The translations under genes and the position numbers were made by a program. From the NCBI GenBank assembly GCA_005110385.1, contig DUDT01000006.1, positions 9,334-73,333 on the forward strand: a DNA stretch of 64,000 nt, given 5' to 3'. Of the stretch, positions 18,047-27,851 are shown piece by piece. How positions within the stretch are numbered: position 1 is the stretch's first letter; every line of letters starts with the position of its first letter. Below the pieces are notes generated by a model. The model ran no database searches, was not told the origin of the DNA, and saw only the letters and a program-made list of their open reading frames with translations. The stretch is from Candidatus Melainabacteria bacterium. GTDB taxonomy: Bacteria > Cyanobacteriota > Vampirovibrionia > LMEP-6097.

Positions 18047-20125
18047 TTACATTAAATTAGTTACTAATTCGTTATAACGATTTAGATTTTCTATTTTAGA
18101 ACCTTCTAGTAGTAATGCTTGAAAGTAAATAAGCTCACTATAATCTTTAATAAGTTTATCTTCTGGATTGTTTTTGAAGCTGTTATTTAATTTCTCTATA
18201 ACTTTGTGATTAGGATTTAACTCAAGGATTCTTTTACTTTTTCCTACTTTCTGGTTCGCACTTTGGTAAATTTTCTCTAAATTAGCACCCATCTCGTGTT
18301 CATTAACTACTAAACAAGCAAGGGTATTTACTAATCTGTCGGTAAATCTAACTTCGCTGATATTTTCTGTAAGGACATTCTGAATTTTACTAAGCAAATC
18401 TTTAAAATCTTCTCTTTTCTTAGCTTGCTCAGCCTTCTCTTCTTCTTTAGCGCCGAGGTCTATATTACCCTTATTGATAGCTTTAAAAGATTTATCTTTA
18501 AACTCTGGAGCTGACATAATTACCCACTCGTCAATAGGATCAGTTAAAAACAGAACTTCTATATCCTTAGCTTTAAAAGCTTCTAGATAAGGGGAATTTT
18601 CTAATTCCTTTCTATTTTCACCAGTGATAACGTAAATATGTTTACGCACTTCTTCGTCTAGATCAGTTTTAGCATTTAATTTATCAGAATACTCTTCTAA
18701 TGTTCGGAGTATCCCAGCGCTCTCAGTGCTGCTTTCAAACATCATAAGGTCAAGTAATTTTTCTTTATTACTGTAATCTAGATGCACGCCTTCTTTTAGA
18801 ACCTTACCTAATTCTTTAAAGAACTTAGAATATTTCTCTTTATCATCATTTTTAAGTTTTTCTAAAGTAGAAAGTATTTTTTTCGTAATGTTTTTCTTGA
18901 TATTTACTACTTTTTGGTTCTCTTGCAGCATTTCACGAGAAACATTTAAAGGCAGATCGCTAGAATCTACTACGCCTTTAACGAATCTAAGATATTTAGG
19001 TAGTAATAAATCACTTTCACTAGTTATAAATACCTTATTAATAAAGAGCTGTAAGCTTTTTACATCTTCCTGCATAAAAAGATCGAAGGGAGCCTTTTCT
19101 GGAATAAAGAGTAAAGCCGTAAATTCATTAGTACCCTCAGCGTTAAAGTGGATATGCGTTAAAGGGTCATTAAAGTCATGACTAATATGACGATAAAATT
19201 CTTTATAATCTTCTTCGCTAATCTCTGATTTATTTTTAGCCCATAGAGCTTTACGAGAATTCAGTATTTCAAATACAAGCTCGGGCTCGTTATTTAATTT
19301 CTCTTCTAAGTCAGCTTTTTCTTGCTCTGCTGAAGACTTCTCCGTTTCATCTTTCGCATCTTTAATTTTATCTTCAATGGATTTTAACTGATACTCGATG
19401 CTCTCTTTTTCCGGATTTTCTGTTTTAAGTTTAATCGGATATTCGATAAAATCTGAGTATTTTTTTACGACTGATCTAATCTGATACTCTTTTAAAAATG
19501 CTGCCGCTTCATCATCATTTTTTAAATCTAAGACTATAACAGTACCCTGCTTAATAGTATCGAAATAAGGATTGATAAATTCTGCGATATCTTCATCTGT
19601 AGCAGCTTTTAAAGTATAAAAGCCATCACCTTTTGATTGCCAAAAATTTACTGCTTCCTCTTTCGCTCTTTTCGATAAAACTGTCACTGTATCAGCGACT
19701 ATAAAAGCTGAATAGAAGCCAACCCCAAACTGACCGATTAAAGATTCTTTAAAATCCTGATTAGAACCAGATTCTTTAATCGAATTAATAAATTCTTTAG
19801 TCCCTGATTTAGCGATAGTTCCAAGATTAGAAGCTAAATCCTCTTCATTCATGCCAACGCCGTTATCACGGATAATTAGTCTTTTTTTATCACTGTCTAT
19901 TACTAGTTTAATAGCTAGCTCTTCATTAGCCCCGATTAATTCTTTCTCGCTTAGGGCTGCGAATCTTAATTTATCTAAAGCATCTGAGGCATTAGAGATT
20001 AGCTCTCTTAAAAAAATGTCTTTATTAGAATATAGAGAATGTATAACTAGATCAAGAACCTGCCTAACTTCTGCTTCAAATGACCTAGTGTTAGAACTAT
20101 GAGACTCTGCTGTAAATACCATCAA
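18047..20125 (-). CDS. htpG: Molecular chaperone HtpG (Hsp90)
   Basis: The N-terminal GHKL ATPase motifs LRELISNASDALDKLRF and GQFGVGFYSAF are present, and the length is typical. Confidence 0.95.
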   Translation of the reverse strand: MMVFTAESHSSNTRSFEAEVRQVLDLVIHSLYSNKDIFLRELISNASDALDKLRFAALSEKELIGANEELAIKLVIDSDKKRLIIRDNGVGMNEEDLASNLGTIAKSGTKEFINSIKESGSNQDFKESLIGQFGVGFYSAFIVADTVTVLSKRAKEEAVNFWQSKGDGFYTLKAATDEDIAEFINPYFDTIKQGTVIVLDLKNDDEAAAFLKEYQIRSVVKKYSDFIEYPIKLKTENPEKESIEYQLKSIEDKIKDAKDETEKSSAEQEKADLEEKLNNEPELVFEILNSRKALWAKNKSEISEEDYKEFYRHISHDFNDPLTHIHFNAEGTNEFTALLFIPEKAPFDLFMQEDVKSLQLFINKVFITSESDLLLPKYLRFVKGVVDSSDLPLNVSREMLQENQKVVNIKKNITKKILSTLEKLKNDDKEKYSKFFKELGKVLKEGVHLDYSNKEKLLDLMMFESSTESAGILRTLEEYSDKLNAKTDLDEEVRKHIYVITGENRKELENSPYLEAFKAKDIEVLFLTDPIDEWVIMSAPEFKDKSFKAINKGNIDLGAKEEEKAEQAKKREDFKDLLSKIQNVLTENISEVRFTDRLVNTLACLVVNEHEMGANLEKIYQSANQKVGKSKRILELNPNHKVIEKLNNSFKNNPEDKLIKDYSELIYFQALLLEGSKIENLNRYNELVTNLM

Positions 20126-20140
20126 TAGTAATTCTACAAA

Positions 20141-21073
20141 CTATTGATGTAGACTTGCAATAGCTTCCTTTTTGTTGGCAAATTTTCTGATCTGAATTTG
20201 ATTCACCAAAGTTTTATCTATTTTGTTACCTAGTGCTGTTTTTGGCTTAGATTCAGTAATCTTATTTATAGCCGATTTTTCTAAAATAAATTTTAAATCC
20301 TTATTCGAAAAAGTCGCAGGTGATATGAAGCTGAGAGTAGTAGGTATTCTCATACGCTTATATCTATCGATAGATTCTTTGATGTTATTTTCTATATAAT
20401 TCTGAATTCTAGAAGGTATTTCACGAATAGGTTTAATGACTTCAGTTTCGAAATATTCACGTGGCTGTCTGTATAAGAAGTCTTTAATCATGTCAATCGC
20501 ATCATCGTAGAACTGTTTCAGGCGTTTTAAAGTGAAAAAATCAAGTGTGTTCTGGTAAGTCTTTAAGGTGAATTTCTTTAAATCTTCAAATCTTCCAACT
20601 ATATCTTCAATAATCGTCTCAACTAAACCTTTTTCAGCTTCGGCTTCTTTTTCTTCTTTGTTCCCTAGTAATTCTCTTTGAGATTCTTCCCAGGCTCTTT
20701 TCTCTGCTTCTAGCTTAGCCTTACGCTCTTCTTCATCCTTATCTTTAATTTCTTGAGCTTTTTGATTAATTAAAATTTTATTCTGTTCGATCATCTTAGC
20801 TGAAAGTAAATTCAGCATGGCTTGAAGAGTCGCTCCTTCTGCATTCTTTAATGCAAGAGCTAAACTGCTGTTATCTAAACTTATTTCCCCTAGTGAATTA
20901 GAGTTTGAGCTTTCTTTTAAAATCTGTAATGCCCTGAGTTTCCTCAGTTTACGTTCTTTTTCGGTAAGTGGTTGGTAGGCCTCTAGAGCTTTTTCTGCGG
21001 TACTTGAATTAAATGTCTTTAAAATCTCGTGGTTCGCATGCGAAAGATTCTGGAAGCGAACAGTAATCGCCAT
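20141..21073 (-). CDS. Hypothetical coiled-coil protein
   Basis: 310-aa ORF with a K/E-rich central segment; no recognisable motif. Confidence 0.55.
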   Translation of the reverse strand: MAITVRFQNLSHANHEILKTFNSSTAEKALEAYQPLTEKERKLRKLRALQILKESSNSNSLGEISLDNSSLALALKNAEGATLQAMLNLLSAKMIEQNKILINQKAQEIKDKDEEERKAKLEAEKRAWEESQRELLGNKEEKEAEAEKGLVETIIEDIVGRFEDLKKFTLKTYQNTLDFFTLKRLKQFYDDAIDMIKDFLYRQPREYFETEVIKPIREIPSRIQNYIENNIKESIDRYKRMRIPTTLSFISPATFSNKDLKFILEKSAINKITESKPKTALGNKIDKTLVNQIQIRKFANKKEAIASLHQ

Positions 21074-21407
21074 TTTAACAATTTATAAGTAAAAATGATT
21101 TTTGTAAAGCAGCTCGCGTGAGAAATATAGAATGTTTTTTGATTTGGTATTAGGATTAAAAAATTTATTTTTGAAAATTAAATAATATGATAGCTACTGT
21201 GATGTTATTTTGAGTATAGATGCCATTGATCATAGATCCCCCCCCCCGCAATCACTCCACAGTCTGACCTGAAGTCGCAAGGTTATGATACTTTGCAAAC
21301 AAGATTTTTGAGCGAACTTGGAAAGATTGCTCCTAATTTAACGATATATCAATCTGGTCCTAATCAAACCTGAGTAGACCTTCTCTCTGATGAGTAATTA
21401 ATTAGCT

Positions 21408-21869
21408 CTAAGCCACTCCAGTGCTACCAAAGCCACCAGCTAATCTAGTGTTACTTTCTTCTAAAGGCAATTCAGCAATCTCCGTAAAACTAGCTTGATA
21501 TATAGGTGCAAGAACGCCTTGCGCGATTCTGTCACCGTGATTAATCGTGAAATCCTCTTCGCCATGATTAATCATAAGTATCTGTATCTCACCGCGATAG
21601 TCACAGTCTATGGTTCCTGGTGTATTAGTTAAAGAGATGCCGTGCTTGAAAGCAAGTCCAGAGCGCGGGCGTATCTGCAATTCAAAACCTTCTGGTAAGA
21701 CCATCTGAATTCCAGTAGGGATTTTCGCTCTAGAACCAGTTTTTATGGTTACTGAAGACTGATCCATAAAAAAAGCTCTCAGATCGAAGCCAGCAGAGCC
21801 GTTAGTGGCATATTCAGGGATGATAACATCGGGGTGAAGTTTTTTGATTTGAATAGATGGATTAATCAT
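21408..21869 (-). CDS. dut: dUTP diphosphatase
   Basis: Five dUTPase motifs are present, including GSAGFDLRA, RSGLAFKHGI, GTIDCDYRGE and GGFGSTG. Confidence 0.95.
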   Translation of the reverse strand: MINPSIQIKKLHPDVIIPEYATNGSAGFDLRAFFMDQSSVTIKTGSRAKIPTGIQMVLPEGFELQIRPRSGLAFKHGISLTNTPGTIDCDYRGEIQILMINHGEEDFTINHGDRIAQGVLAPIYQASFTEIAELPLEESNTRLAGGFGSTGVA

Positions 21870-21920
21870 GATCTCTAATTATATCCTAGATGAAATTTGC
21901 GACTCTGCAGTGAAACAGCA

Positions 21921-22445
21921 CTAAGCCTGAGTAGAAGCTAATTTTAAGCGAATTTTTTGTAAAGCAATTAATGCTAAATAAGCGAGAAGTAAATCTATTA
22001 AGCCAGTTAATATACTTAAGTCTATAAACTTGAAAATATTAAATCTGCCTGTAAGGATAATTAGCATATTCGCTACAAGATGTAATATACCAAAGGCAAT
22101 TAAAGGCTTAAATAATTTAGATGGATTGCTTAAAGTTTCTTCAAATGATGATCTATAGAGGAAAGCAAAAATAGTAAAAGGGATTAAAGCGATTAGATAC
22201 ATAAAGCCTAGCTGTGTTATATATGAAATTCCAGCACCAAAGGCGAAGACTTGAATGCCAAGAATGCCTAAGATAATGTAAGCGATGGAACCCACGGTAG
22301 CGTAGTTCTTAGTGAAGATCTGGCTTACAAGAAATAGCACTAAGAAAATAGGTGAATAATTATAACCAGAAATGCTAAATATTGTCACTGTGGCGAGCAT
22401 GCTGAGAGCTAAAGTAAATAAAGTGCGGCTGAAATCGTAAAACAT
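21921..22445 (-). CDS. Polytopic membrane protein, tentatively BioY-like
   Basis: About 6 hydrophobic segments. YIILGILGIQVFAFGAGISYI resembles the BioY core; the assignment is weak. Confidence 0.45.
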   Translation of the reverse strand: MFYDFSRTLFTLALSMLATVTIFSISGYNYSPIFLVLFLVSQIFTKNYATVGSIAYIILGILGIQVFAFGAGISYITQLGFMYLIALIPFTIFAFLYRSSFEETLSNPSKLFKPLIAFGILHLVANMLIILTGRFNIFKFIDLSILTGLIDLLLAYLALIALQKIRLKLASTQA

Positions 22446-22522
22446 TTTATTTTAAAGAAAGCACCTTCAGTATAACTGCTTTTTAATTTTGTTAAAAGGG
22501 ACAGATGGCAGGGTATGCAGTT

Positions 22523-23494
22523 TTAAGACTGATAATCAAGCATTTCTAAAGACAGCTTAACTAAATTTTCTGCGGTAAGACCGTAGTGTACTAGTAGGTC
22601 TTCAGCTTTCCCAGATTGACCAAAGGAATCATTTATACCTAGTCTTTTAAATTTTAATTTTTCTGAGCAGTTCTCTAGTAGAGCACTAGCTACGCTGTCG
22701 CCCAGTCCACCCCATATATTATGCTCTTCTGCGACTATAATATTTCTGGTTTTTAATGCTGAATTAACGATAGTCTCAGTGTCTAAAGGCTTTATGGAAG
22801 CGATATTTATGACTTCAATGCTTTTATTATGTTTTTCTTTAAGGATTTTAGCTGCCTCTACTGCTGCGCTAACCATAATCCCACATGCCATTATGCTTAA
22901 GTCTTCTCCCTTCTCGATGACATTGGCTTTGCCGATCTGGAAATTATATTTATCATCAAAAAGCACTGGTAACGCGGATCTTCCAAGTCTCACATAGACT
23001 GGACCGTTGTAAGCAGTAACTACTTGCATTACTTTTTCTGTTTCTTTAGCATCGGCTGGAACTATAACTACCATACCTGGAATACTTTTCATTAGAGCAA
23101 TATCTTCAATTATCTGATGGCTAGCACCATCTTCACCAACTGTAAGACCAGCATGTGTAGCGCAAATTTTCACATTTGCGTGATTATGAGCGACTGAATT
23201 ACGTACTTGCTCCCAAGCTCTGCCAGTAGCGAACATCGCAAAGCTACTCACAAAGGGGATTTTCCCAGCCTTAGCTAATCCAGCTGCCGTGCTAACCATG
23301 TTCGCTTCAGCGATACCCATGTTAAAAAATCTTTCAGGAAATTCTTTAGCGAAAAATTTAGTCTGAGTGCTACTAGATAAGTCTGCATCTAAGACGACTA
23401 TATCTTGATTCGATTTAGCTAATTCTACTAAACTCTTACCGTAAGCTACTCGAGTAGCTATTTTTTCTGTTGATGGTTCTATCGCTGCACCCAT
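22523..23494 (-). CDS. Transketolase, C-terminal (pyrimidine-binding) subunit
   Basis: Split transketolase arrangement. FFNMGIAEANMVSTAAGLA and GEDGASHQ motifs are present. Confidence 0.9.
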   Translation of the reverse strand: MGAAIEPSTEKIATRVAYGKSLVELAKSNQDIVVLDADLSSSTQTKFFAKEFPERFFNMGIAEANMVSTAAGLAKAGKIPFVSSFAMFATGRAWEQVRNSVAHNHANVKICATHAGLTVGEDGASHQIIEDIALMKSIPGMVVIVPADAKETEKVMQVVTAYNGPVYVRLGRSALPVLFDDKYNFQIGKANVIEKGEDLSIMACGIMVSAAVEAAKILKEKHNKSIEVINIASIKPLDTETIVNSALKTRNIIVAEEHNIWGGLGDSVASALLENCSEKLKFKRLGINDSFGQSGKAEDLLVHYGLTAENLVKLSLEMLDYQS

Positions 23495-23496
23495 AA

Positions 23497-24342
23497 TTAT
23501 TTAGTCCCTGCTAATTCTACTAAAGCCTTCTCTAGATCAGTATCACTTGGAGCTACTCCATGCCAAGCAACCGCATCTTCCATAAAGGATACACCTTTGC
23601 CTTTGATAGTATTTGCGACTATCGCAAATGGTTTATTAGTCTCTTCACTTACTCGGTAAGCTTCTTTTAGAGCATTATCTAATTCTTCAAGATCATGACC
23701 ATTTATCGTCTTAGTTTCCCAATTAAAAGCACTTAATTTATCCTCTAACGGATCAAGTGCCATAGTGGTTTCTGTGCCACCATCAAGCTGGATACGGTTT
23801 CTGTCTATAATCGCAACTAAATTATTAGTTTTATAATGAGCACATGCCATAAAAGCTTCCCAGCACTGTCCTTCCTGTAATTCACCATCACTGAGTATGG
23901 CAAAAACCTTACGCTGAGATTTATCAAGCTTCGCTGCTAAAGCAAAGCCAAAGGCGTTAGAAAGACCGTGTCCGAGAGAGCCTGTCGACATCTCAACACC
24001 AGGTACTTTTAAGCTGTCTATGTGTCCTTGGAATTTAGAGCCGAGCTGTCTAAAGCTCATAGTATCTGCGATAGGATAAAAGCCAGCTAGGGCTAAAACT
24101 GAGTACACTGCTGGTGAAGCGTGTCCTTTGCTGATAACTAAAATATCTCGATTCGGATCATGAGAATTTAGTGGATTATGCTTTAGATGACCACCAAAAT
24201 ATAAAACAGAGAGTATGTCTGCAATAGATAGTGAGCCACCAGGATGACCAGATTTAGCGGCATGTATCATTTTTAAAGAATTAGCTCTTATTTCTAAGGC
24301 TTTTTCCTTGACTTGAACGAGATCAGGGAAATTACTAGACAT
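23497..24342 (-). CDS. Transketolase, N-terminal (TPP-binding) subunit
   Basis: GHPGGSLS, SKGHASPA and GSLGHGL, plus the GDGELQEG-like sequence SDGELQEG. Confidence 0.9.
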   Translation of the reverse strand: MSSNFPDLVQVKEKALEIRANSLKMIHAAKSGHPGGSLSIADILSVLYFGGHLKHNPLNSHDPNRDILVISKGHASPAVYSVLALAGFYPIADTMSFRQLGSKFQGHIDSLKVPGVEMSTGSLGHGLSNAFGFALAAKLDKSQRKVFAILSDGELQEGQCWEAFMACAHYKTNNLVAIIDRNRIQLDGGTETTMALDPLEDKLSAFNWETKTINGHDLEELDNALKEAYRVSEETNKPFAIVANTIKGKGVSFMEDAVAWHGVAPSDTDLEKALVELAGTK

Positions 24343-24406
24343 GAAAAATTTTGGTTATTCAGTTACTCCTAAAAGGAATTTTAACAAAATGAGACTGAAT
24401 TTATCT

Positions 24407-25378
24407 TTAATTTAAAAATTCTTTAAGGTCCTTAATATCTTTAGCGTAGAGTTTTAATTTTCTTAATGCCTTAGCTTCAAGCTTTTTAACCTGAGCTTTA
24501 GGGATTTCTAAAATTTCAGCGAGTTCTTCGTGAGTATATTCTTTGTCTGTGGCGATGCCGTATTTAAGAAATAATACATTCTGTTCAAGCTCACTTAATT
24601 CTTCAATAATCGTCTTAAGTTCTTTTCTGAGTAATGTCGCGCTGGTGTGATCATCTGGAGAGGCGAAAGCGTTATTGCTAGCAATAAAGTCAGAGATATC
24701 TACCCCTTCTTCACCTTTGACTTTAGTTGACATAGAAACAGTTTTAATCTGTAGATTCTCAATCTCGTCTAATTTTTCTAAGCTGATAGCCATATGTTGA
24801 GCTATCTCGGCAGGCTTAGGATCACGGTTTAATGCCTGTCTTAGAGCTACTTTGCTTTTGTTTAGTTTGGAGGCATATTCGATCATGTGAACAGGTATAC
24901 GAATAGTTCTAGATTTATCTGCAATAGATCTGCTGATGGACTGCCTAATCCACCAAGTGGCGAAAGTACTAAATCTATAGCCTTTTTTATAATCAAATTT
25001 AGAGGCGGCTTTCATTAAGCCAAGATTTCCTTCTTGTATCAGATCTAATAACTGATTAGAGTTTCTTGCATAGCGTTTAGCGATACTTACAACTAACCTT
25101 AAATTAGCTCTTACTAAAGCCCTTTGGGCTTTATCTGAGGTTTTTTTATCTTCAGACTGAATATCTCTAGCCGTTTCTATTTCTTGATCTGCGGTAATAG
25201 TCGGTATTTTCCCAATCTCCCTTAGATATAGATAAACACTGTCATTGACTAATGGTGAACTTTCTTTTGGCTGTTTAAAAATAACCTCTTCGTCAACGTC
25301 CAGATCCCTCTGAAATTCACGAGTTTCATCTATATCAGCTTCGCTAGGGCCTATTAATAAGTCTTCATCTTCTGTCAT
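24407..25378 (-). CDS. RNA polymerase sigma-70 family factor (group 1/2 type)
   Basis: Region 1.2 YLREIGKIP. Region 2 DLIQEGNLGLMKAASKFDYKKGYRFSTFATWWIRQSI. Regions 3 and 4 are present. Confidence 0.9.
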   Translation of the reverse strand: MTEDEDLLIGPSEADIDETREFQRDLDVDEEVIFKQPKESSPLVNDSVYLYLREIGKIPTITADQEIETARDIQSEDKKTSDKAQRALVRANLRLVVSIAKRYARNSNQLLDLIQEGNLGLMKAASKFDYKKGYRFSTFATWWIRQSISRSIADKSRTIRIPVHMIEYASKLNKSKVALRQALNRDPKPAEIAQHMAISLEKLDEIENLQIKTVSMSTKVKGEEGVDISDFIASNNAFASPDDHTSATLLRKELKTIIEELSELEQNVLFLKYGIATDKEYTHEELAEILEIPKAQVKKLEAKALRKLKLYAKDIKDLKEFLN

Positions 25379-25437
25379 CTAAGATAATTAAATGCCTATC
25401 CCTTACTATACAATCCTCTACCCTTATCAGAAACCTG

Positions 25438-26607
25438 TCAAACGAGCTTTGTTATTATCTCGGTTAATTTCTCTAGTTCTGCTTCATCATTCATCCATGA
25501 AAGCGATATGCGGATAGCTCTTCTCGCTATATCCTCGTCTATCTGGCAAGCTCTAAGTACATAAGAACTTTCAATGATCTCAGCCGTATTTTTTTTATTA
25601 GAAGTACAGGCAGATCCAGAGCTTACGCAGATACCTTTTAGATCTAGCTGAAGCACTAGTTGCTCACTATTGAATTTTAAATCCATAAAAGATAGATTTA
25701 AATTACCACTTAATCTTTTTTCTAAATTTTTAGGGCCATTTAAAATGACAGATTTAAGGTTTTTTATTTTCAGCCATAGTTTTTTTTGTAGTTCTTTAAC
25801 TTTATTACGTTTTTCTGGATCTAAAGATATTTCAAGAGCTTTAGCGAATGCGATTATTCCATTTACATTTTCTGTTCCAGCTCTGAAACCTCTTTCCTGA
25901 CCACCACCTGTAATTAGGGCTTTATCTAAAATATGGTCTTGGAGTTTTTCAGCTATATAAATAAAGCCTAATCCTTTGGGTCCGTGTAGTTTATGGGCTG
26001 AAGCTGATATTAGGTCTAGCTTATAGTTTTTAACATCTATATCAAGCTTGCCAAGGCTTTGAACACAGTCACTATGGAAAGTAGCTTTATATTTTTCGCA
26101 TAAATCTCCGATGGCTTTTAAATTTTGTATAGTGCCAATCTCGCTATTAGCATGCATTATAGATACTAAAATCTTTTTAGGAGATCGCTGCAGAACTCCA
26201 TTTCCTGCGTTAGAATTTTTGGCGAGAATATTTTCTAATTCGTTTAAGGAAATATAACCTTCTTGATCAAGGTTTAACCAAATAATCTCTTGGCGAGAGG
26301 CTTTTGCTGCTTCAATTACGCTTGCATGCTCGCTAGGACTAGTAATGATTAGGTCATAATTACAAGCTTTAAAAACAGTATTATTCCCTTCTGTAGCACC
26401 ACTGAGGAAAAATATTTCATGAGGTTCAGCATTTATGCTGCGTGCAATGAAAGTGCGAGCTTCTTCTATTCTCTTTTTTGCAGATCTGCCGAGTTCATGA
26501 ATACTGCTGGGATTAGCGAAGCTGTTTTTAAAACTATCAATCAGCACTTCTATAACTTCTGTAGCAAGAGGAGTAGTCGCAGAATTATCGAAATAGATTT
26601 TATCCAT
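25438..26607 (-). CDS. Cysteine desulfurase (NifS/IscS class V aminotransferase)
   Basis: IYFDNSATTP, the PLP-lysine SAHKLHGPKG and the active-site loop SSGSACTS. I prefer the ATG at 26607 (MDKIYFDN) over 26628. Confidence 0.85.
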   Translation of the reverse strand: MDKIYFDNSATTPLATEVIEVLIDSFKNSFANPSSIHELGRSAKKRIEEARTFIARSINAEPHEIFFLSGATEGNNTVFKACNYDLIITSPSEHASVIEAAKASRQEIIWLNLDQEGYISLNELENILAKNSNAGNGVLQRSPKKILVSIMHANSEIGTIQNLKAIGDLCEKYKATFHSDCVQSLGKLDIDVKNYKLDLISASAHKLHGPKGLGFIYIAEKLQDHILDKALITGGGQERGFRAGTENVNGIIAFAKALEISLDPEKRNKVKELQKKLWLKIKNLKSVILNGPKNLEKRLSGNLNLSFMDLKFNSEQLVLQLDLKGICVSSGSACTSNKKNTAEIIESSYVLRACQIDEDIARRAIRISLSWMNDEAELEKLTEIITKLV

Positions 26608-27679
26608 GAAATCTTGCTTTAAAGCCATTCTTGATCAAAGATAGAGTTATATCTTTATCTAACTTAAATGCCGATTGGATTTTAAATATTTCTTCACTAA
26701 CAGTAGTATTAGAAACAGTGCGATTATCAGTTGAAGGGCTAATACTGATGCCAGCTTCTAGCATTTTAATTAGACTATGGTTTTCCGCTTTCATTTTGAG
26801 TTGAGGTAAGGTCTGTAAATTGCTAGTGAGACATACTTCTATCGTTATATCGTTATCTTTGATTATATTTATTAATTCAGCTGTCTTTTTATCACTGTAG
26901 TTATATTCTTTATTAAAAAGATTTACGCCGTGACCGATTCGTTTAGCGTCAGCAAGCTTGATAGCAGAGTATATGCTTTCTGGTCCATCAGCTTCTCCAG
27001 CGTGAATGGTTTTATTTAGACCTTTGCTTAGGTCAAAAGCTTTTTGGTGTAGGCTTACGGGAAAGCCATTTTCAGGTCCAGCTAGATCTATATTTTGAAT
27101 CTCTATGTCACCAGTTTTTTTAATATCAAGTAATTCTTCTATATATTTATAGGAATCTTCTGGACTCCAGTGTCTCATTATGCAAAGTATCTGAGTATAA
27201 GTGAAGGCTTTATTTGCAAAAGAGTAGTCTGAGAAAAGCTTCTCTGTTTTAGCCGAACCAGTTATCTGTTCGTTAATTAATCTAGCTGCATGACTCAGAC
27301 CTTTTTCTACAGCTAGGATAATATCTTTAATCGAAAAGCTATTTTTTTCATTTAATAGTAAAGATGGACAGTAGCGTGGTTCTATGTGATAAACACCATC
27401 GAGGAAAGCATCTAACGCGAATTCATAGCTAGCCTGTTCTATATTTTCTAAATCTTGCATGCTTGCACAGAGATAATCAAAGCATTTTAAATATTCAGGC
27501 AGATCTTTATAACTATTCTTAAAGACTAGGTCTTTCAAACCTTCTTTGGTATAAGAAGGAAGTTTTATTTTTAGCCTATTTGCAAAATCGATAAGAGATT
27601 CTAATCTGACTGAACCGTCGAGATGTACGTGCAAGTCAGTCTTTGGGATTTGTTTAATTTCATCAAGTGTAAAGGGCAT
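26600..27679 (-). CDS. add: Adenosine deaminase
   Basis: PKTDLHVHLDGSVR, HAGE and SPSTDN metal/catalytic motifs. Confidence 0.85.
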   Translation of the reverse strand: MPFTLDEIKQIPKTDLHVHLDGSVRLESLIDFANRLKIKLPSYTKEGLKDLVFKNSYKDLPEYLKCFDYLCASMQDLENIEQASYEFALDAFLDGVYHIEPRYCPSLLLNEKNSFSIKDIILAVEKGLSHAARLINEQITGSAKTEKLFSDYSFANKAFTYTQILCIMRHWSPEDSYKYIEELLDIKKTGDIEIQNIDLAGPENGFPVSLHQKAFDLSKGLNKTIHAGEADGPESIYSAIKLADAKRIGHGVNLFNKEYNYSDKKTAELINIIKDNDITIEVCLTSNLQTLPQLKMKAENHSLIKMLEAGISISPSTDNRTVSNTTVSEEIFKIQSAFKLDKDITLSLIKNGFKARFHG

Positions 27680-27692
27680 AAATTATATGGAA

Positions 27693-27778
27693 TGGTGTCT
27701 GAGATGAGATTTGAACTCATACAACCCAAAGGTCACTACCCCCTCAAGATAGCGCGTCTACCGTTCCGCCACTCAGAC
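27693..27778 (-). tRNA. tRNA-Leu (anticodon GAG), type II with long variable arm
   Basis: Manual cloverleaf: acceptor GTCTGAG/CTCAGAC; anticodon stem CTATC/GGTAG; loop TTGAGGG. T arm ATGAG-TTCAAAT-CTCAT, discriminator A, encoded CCA. Confidence 0.85.
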
Positions 27779-27851
27779 TAGGCTCAAAATATCTTAGCAA
27801 AAAGTTTGTTATCATGTTGGAGGAAGTGATGCGAAACGAAGTTTCCTAAGG

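Noticed and set aside
17852-18055. 67-aa plus-strand ORF between the small ORF and htpG
   Set aside because: It overlaps the htpG stop and the minus-strand small ORF. The peptide is hydrophobic low-complexity with no SD.
21100-21400. Possible tmRNA, SRP RNA or RNase P RNA in the unusually GC-richer dut upstream gap
   Set aside because: I looked on both strands and found none of three signatures: the tmRNA 5' GGGG..UUCGA acceptor/tag signature, the SRP domain-IV GGAA/AGCA motif, or the RNase P GAGGAAAGUCC box. The region is reported only as a poly-C/pseudo-ORF observation.
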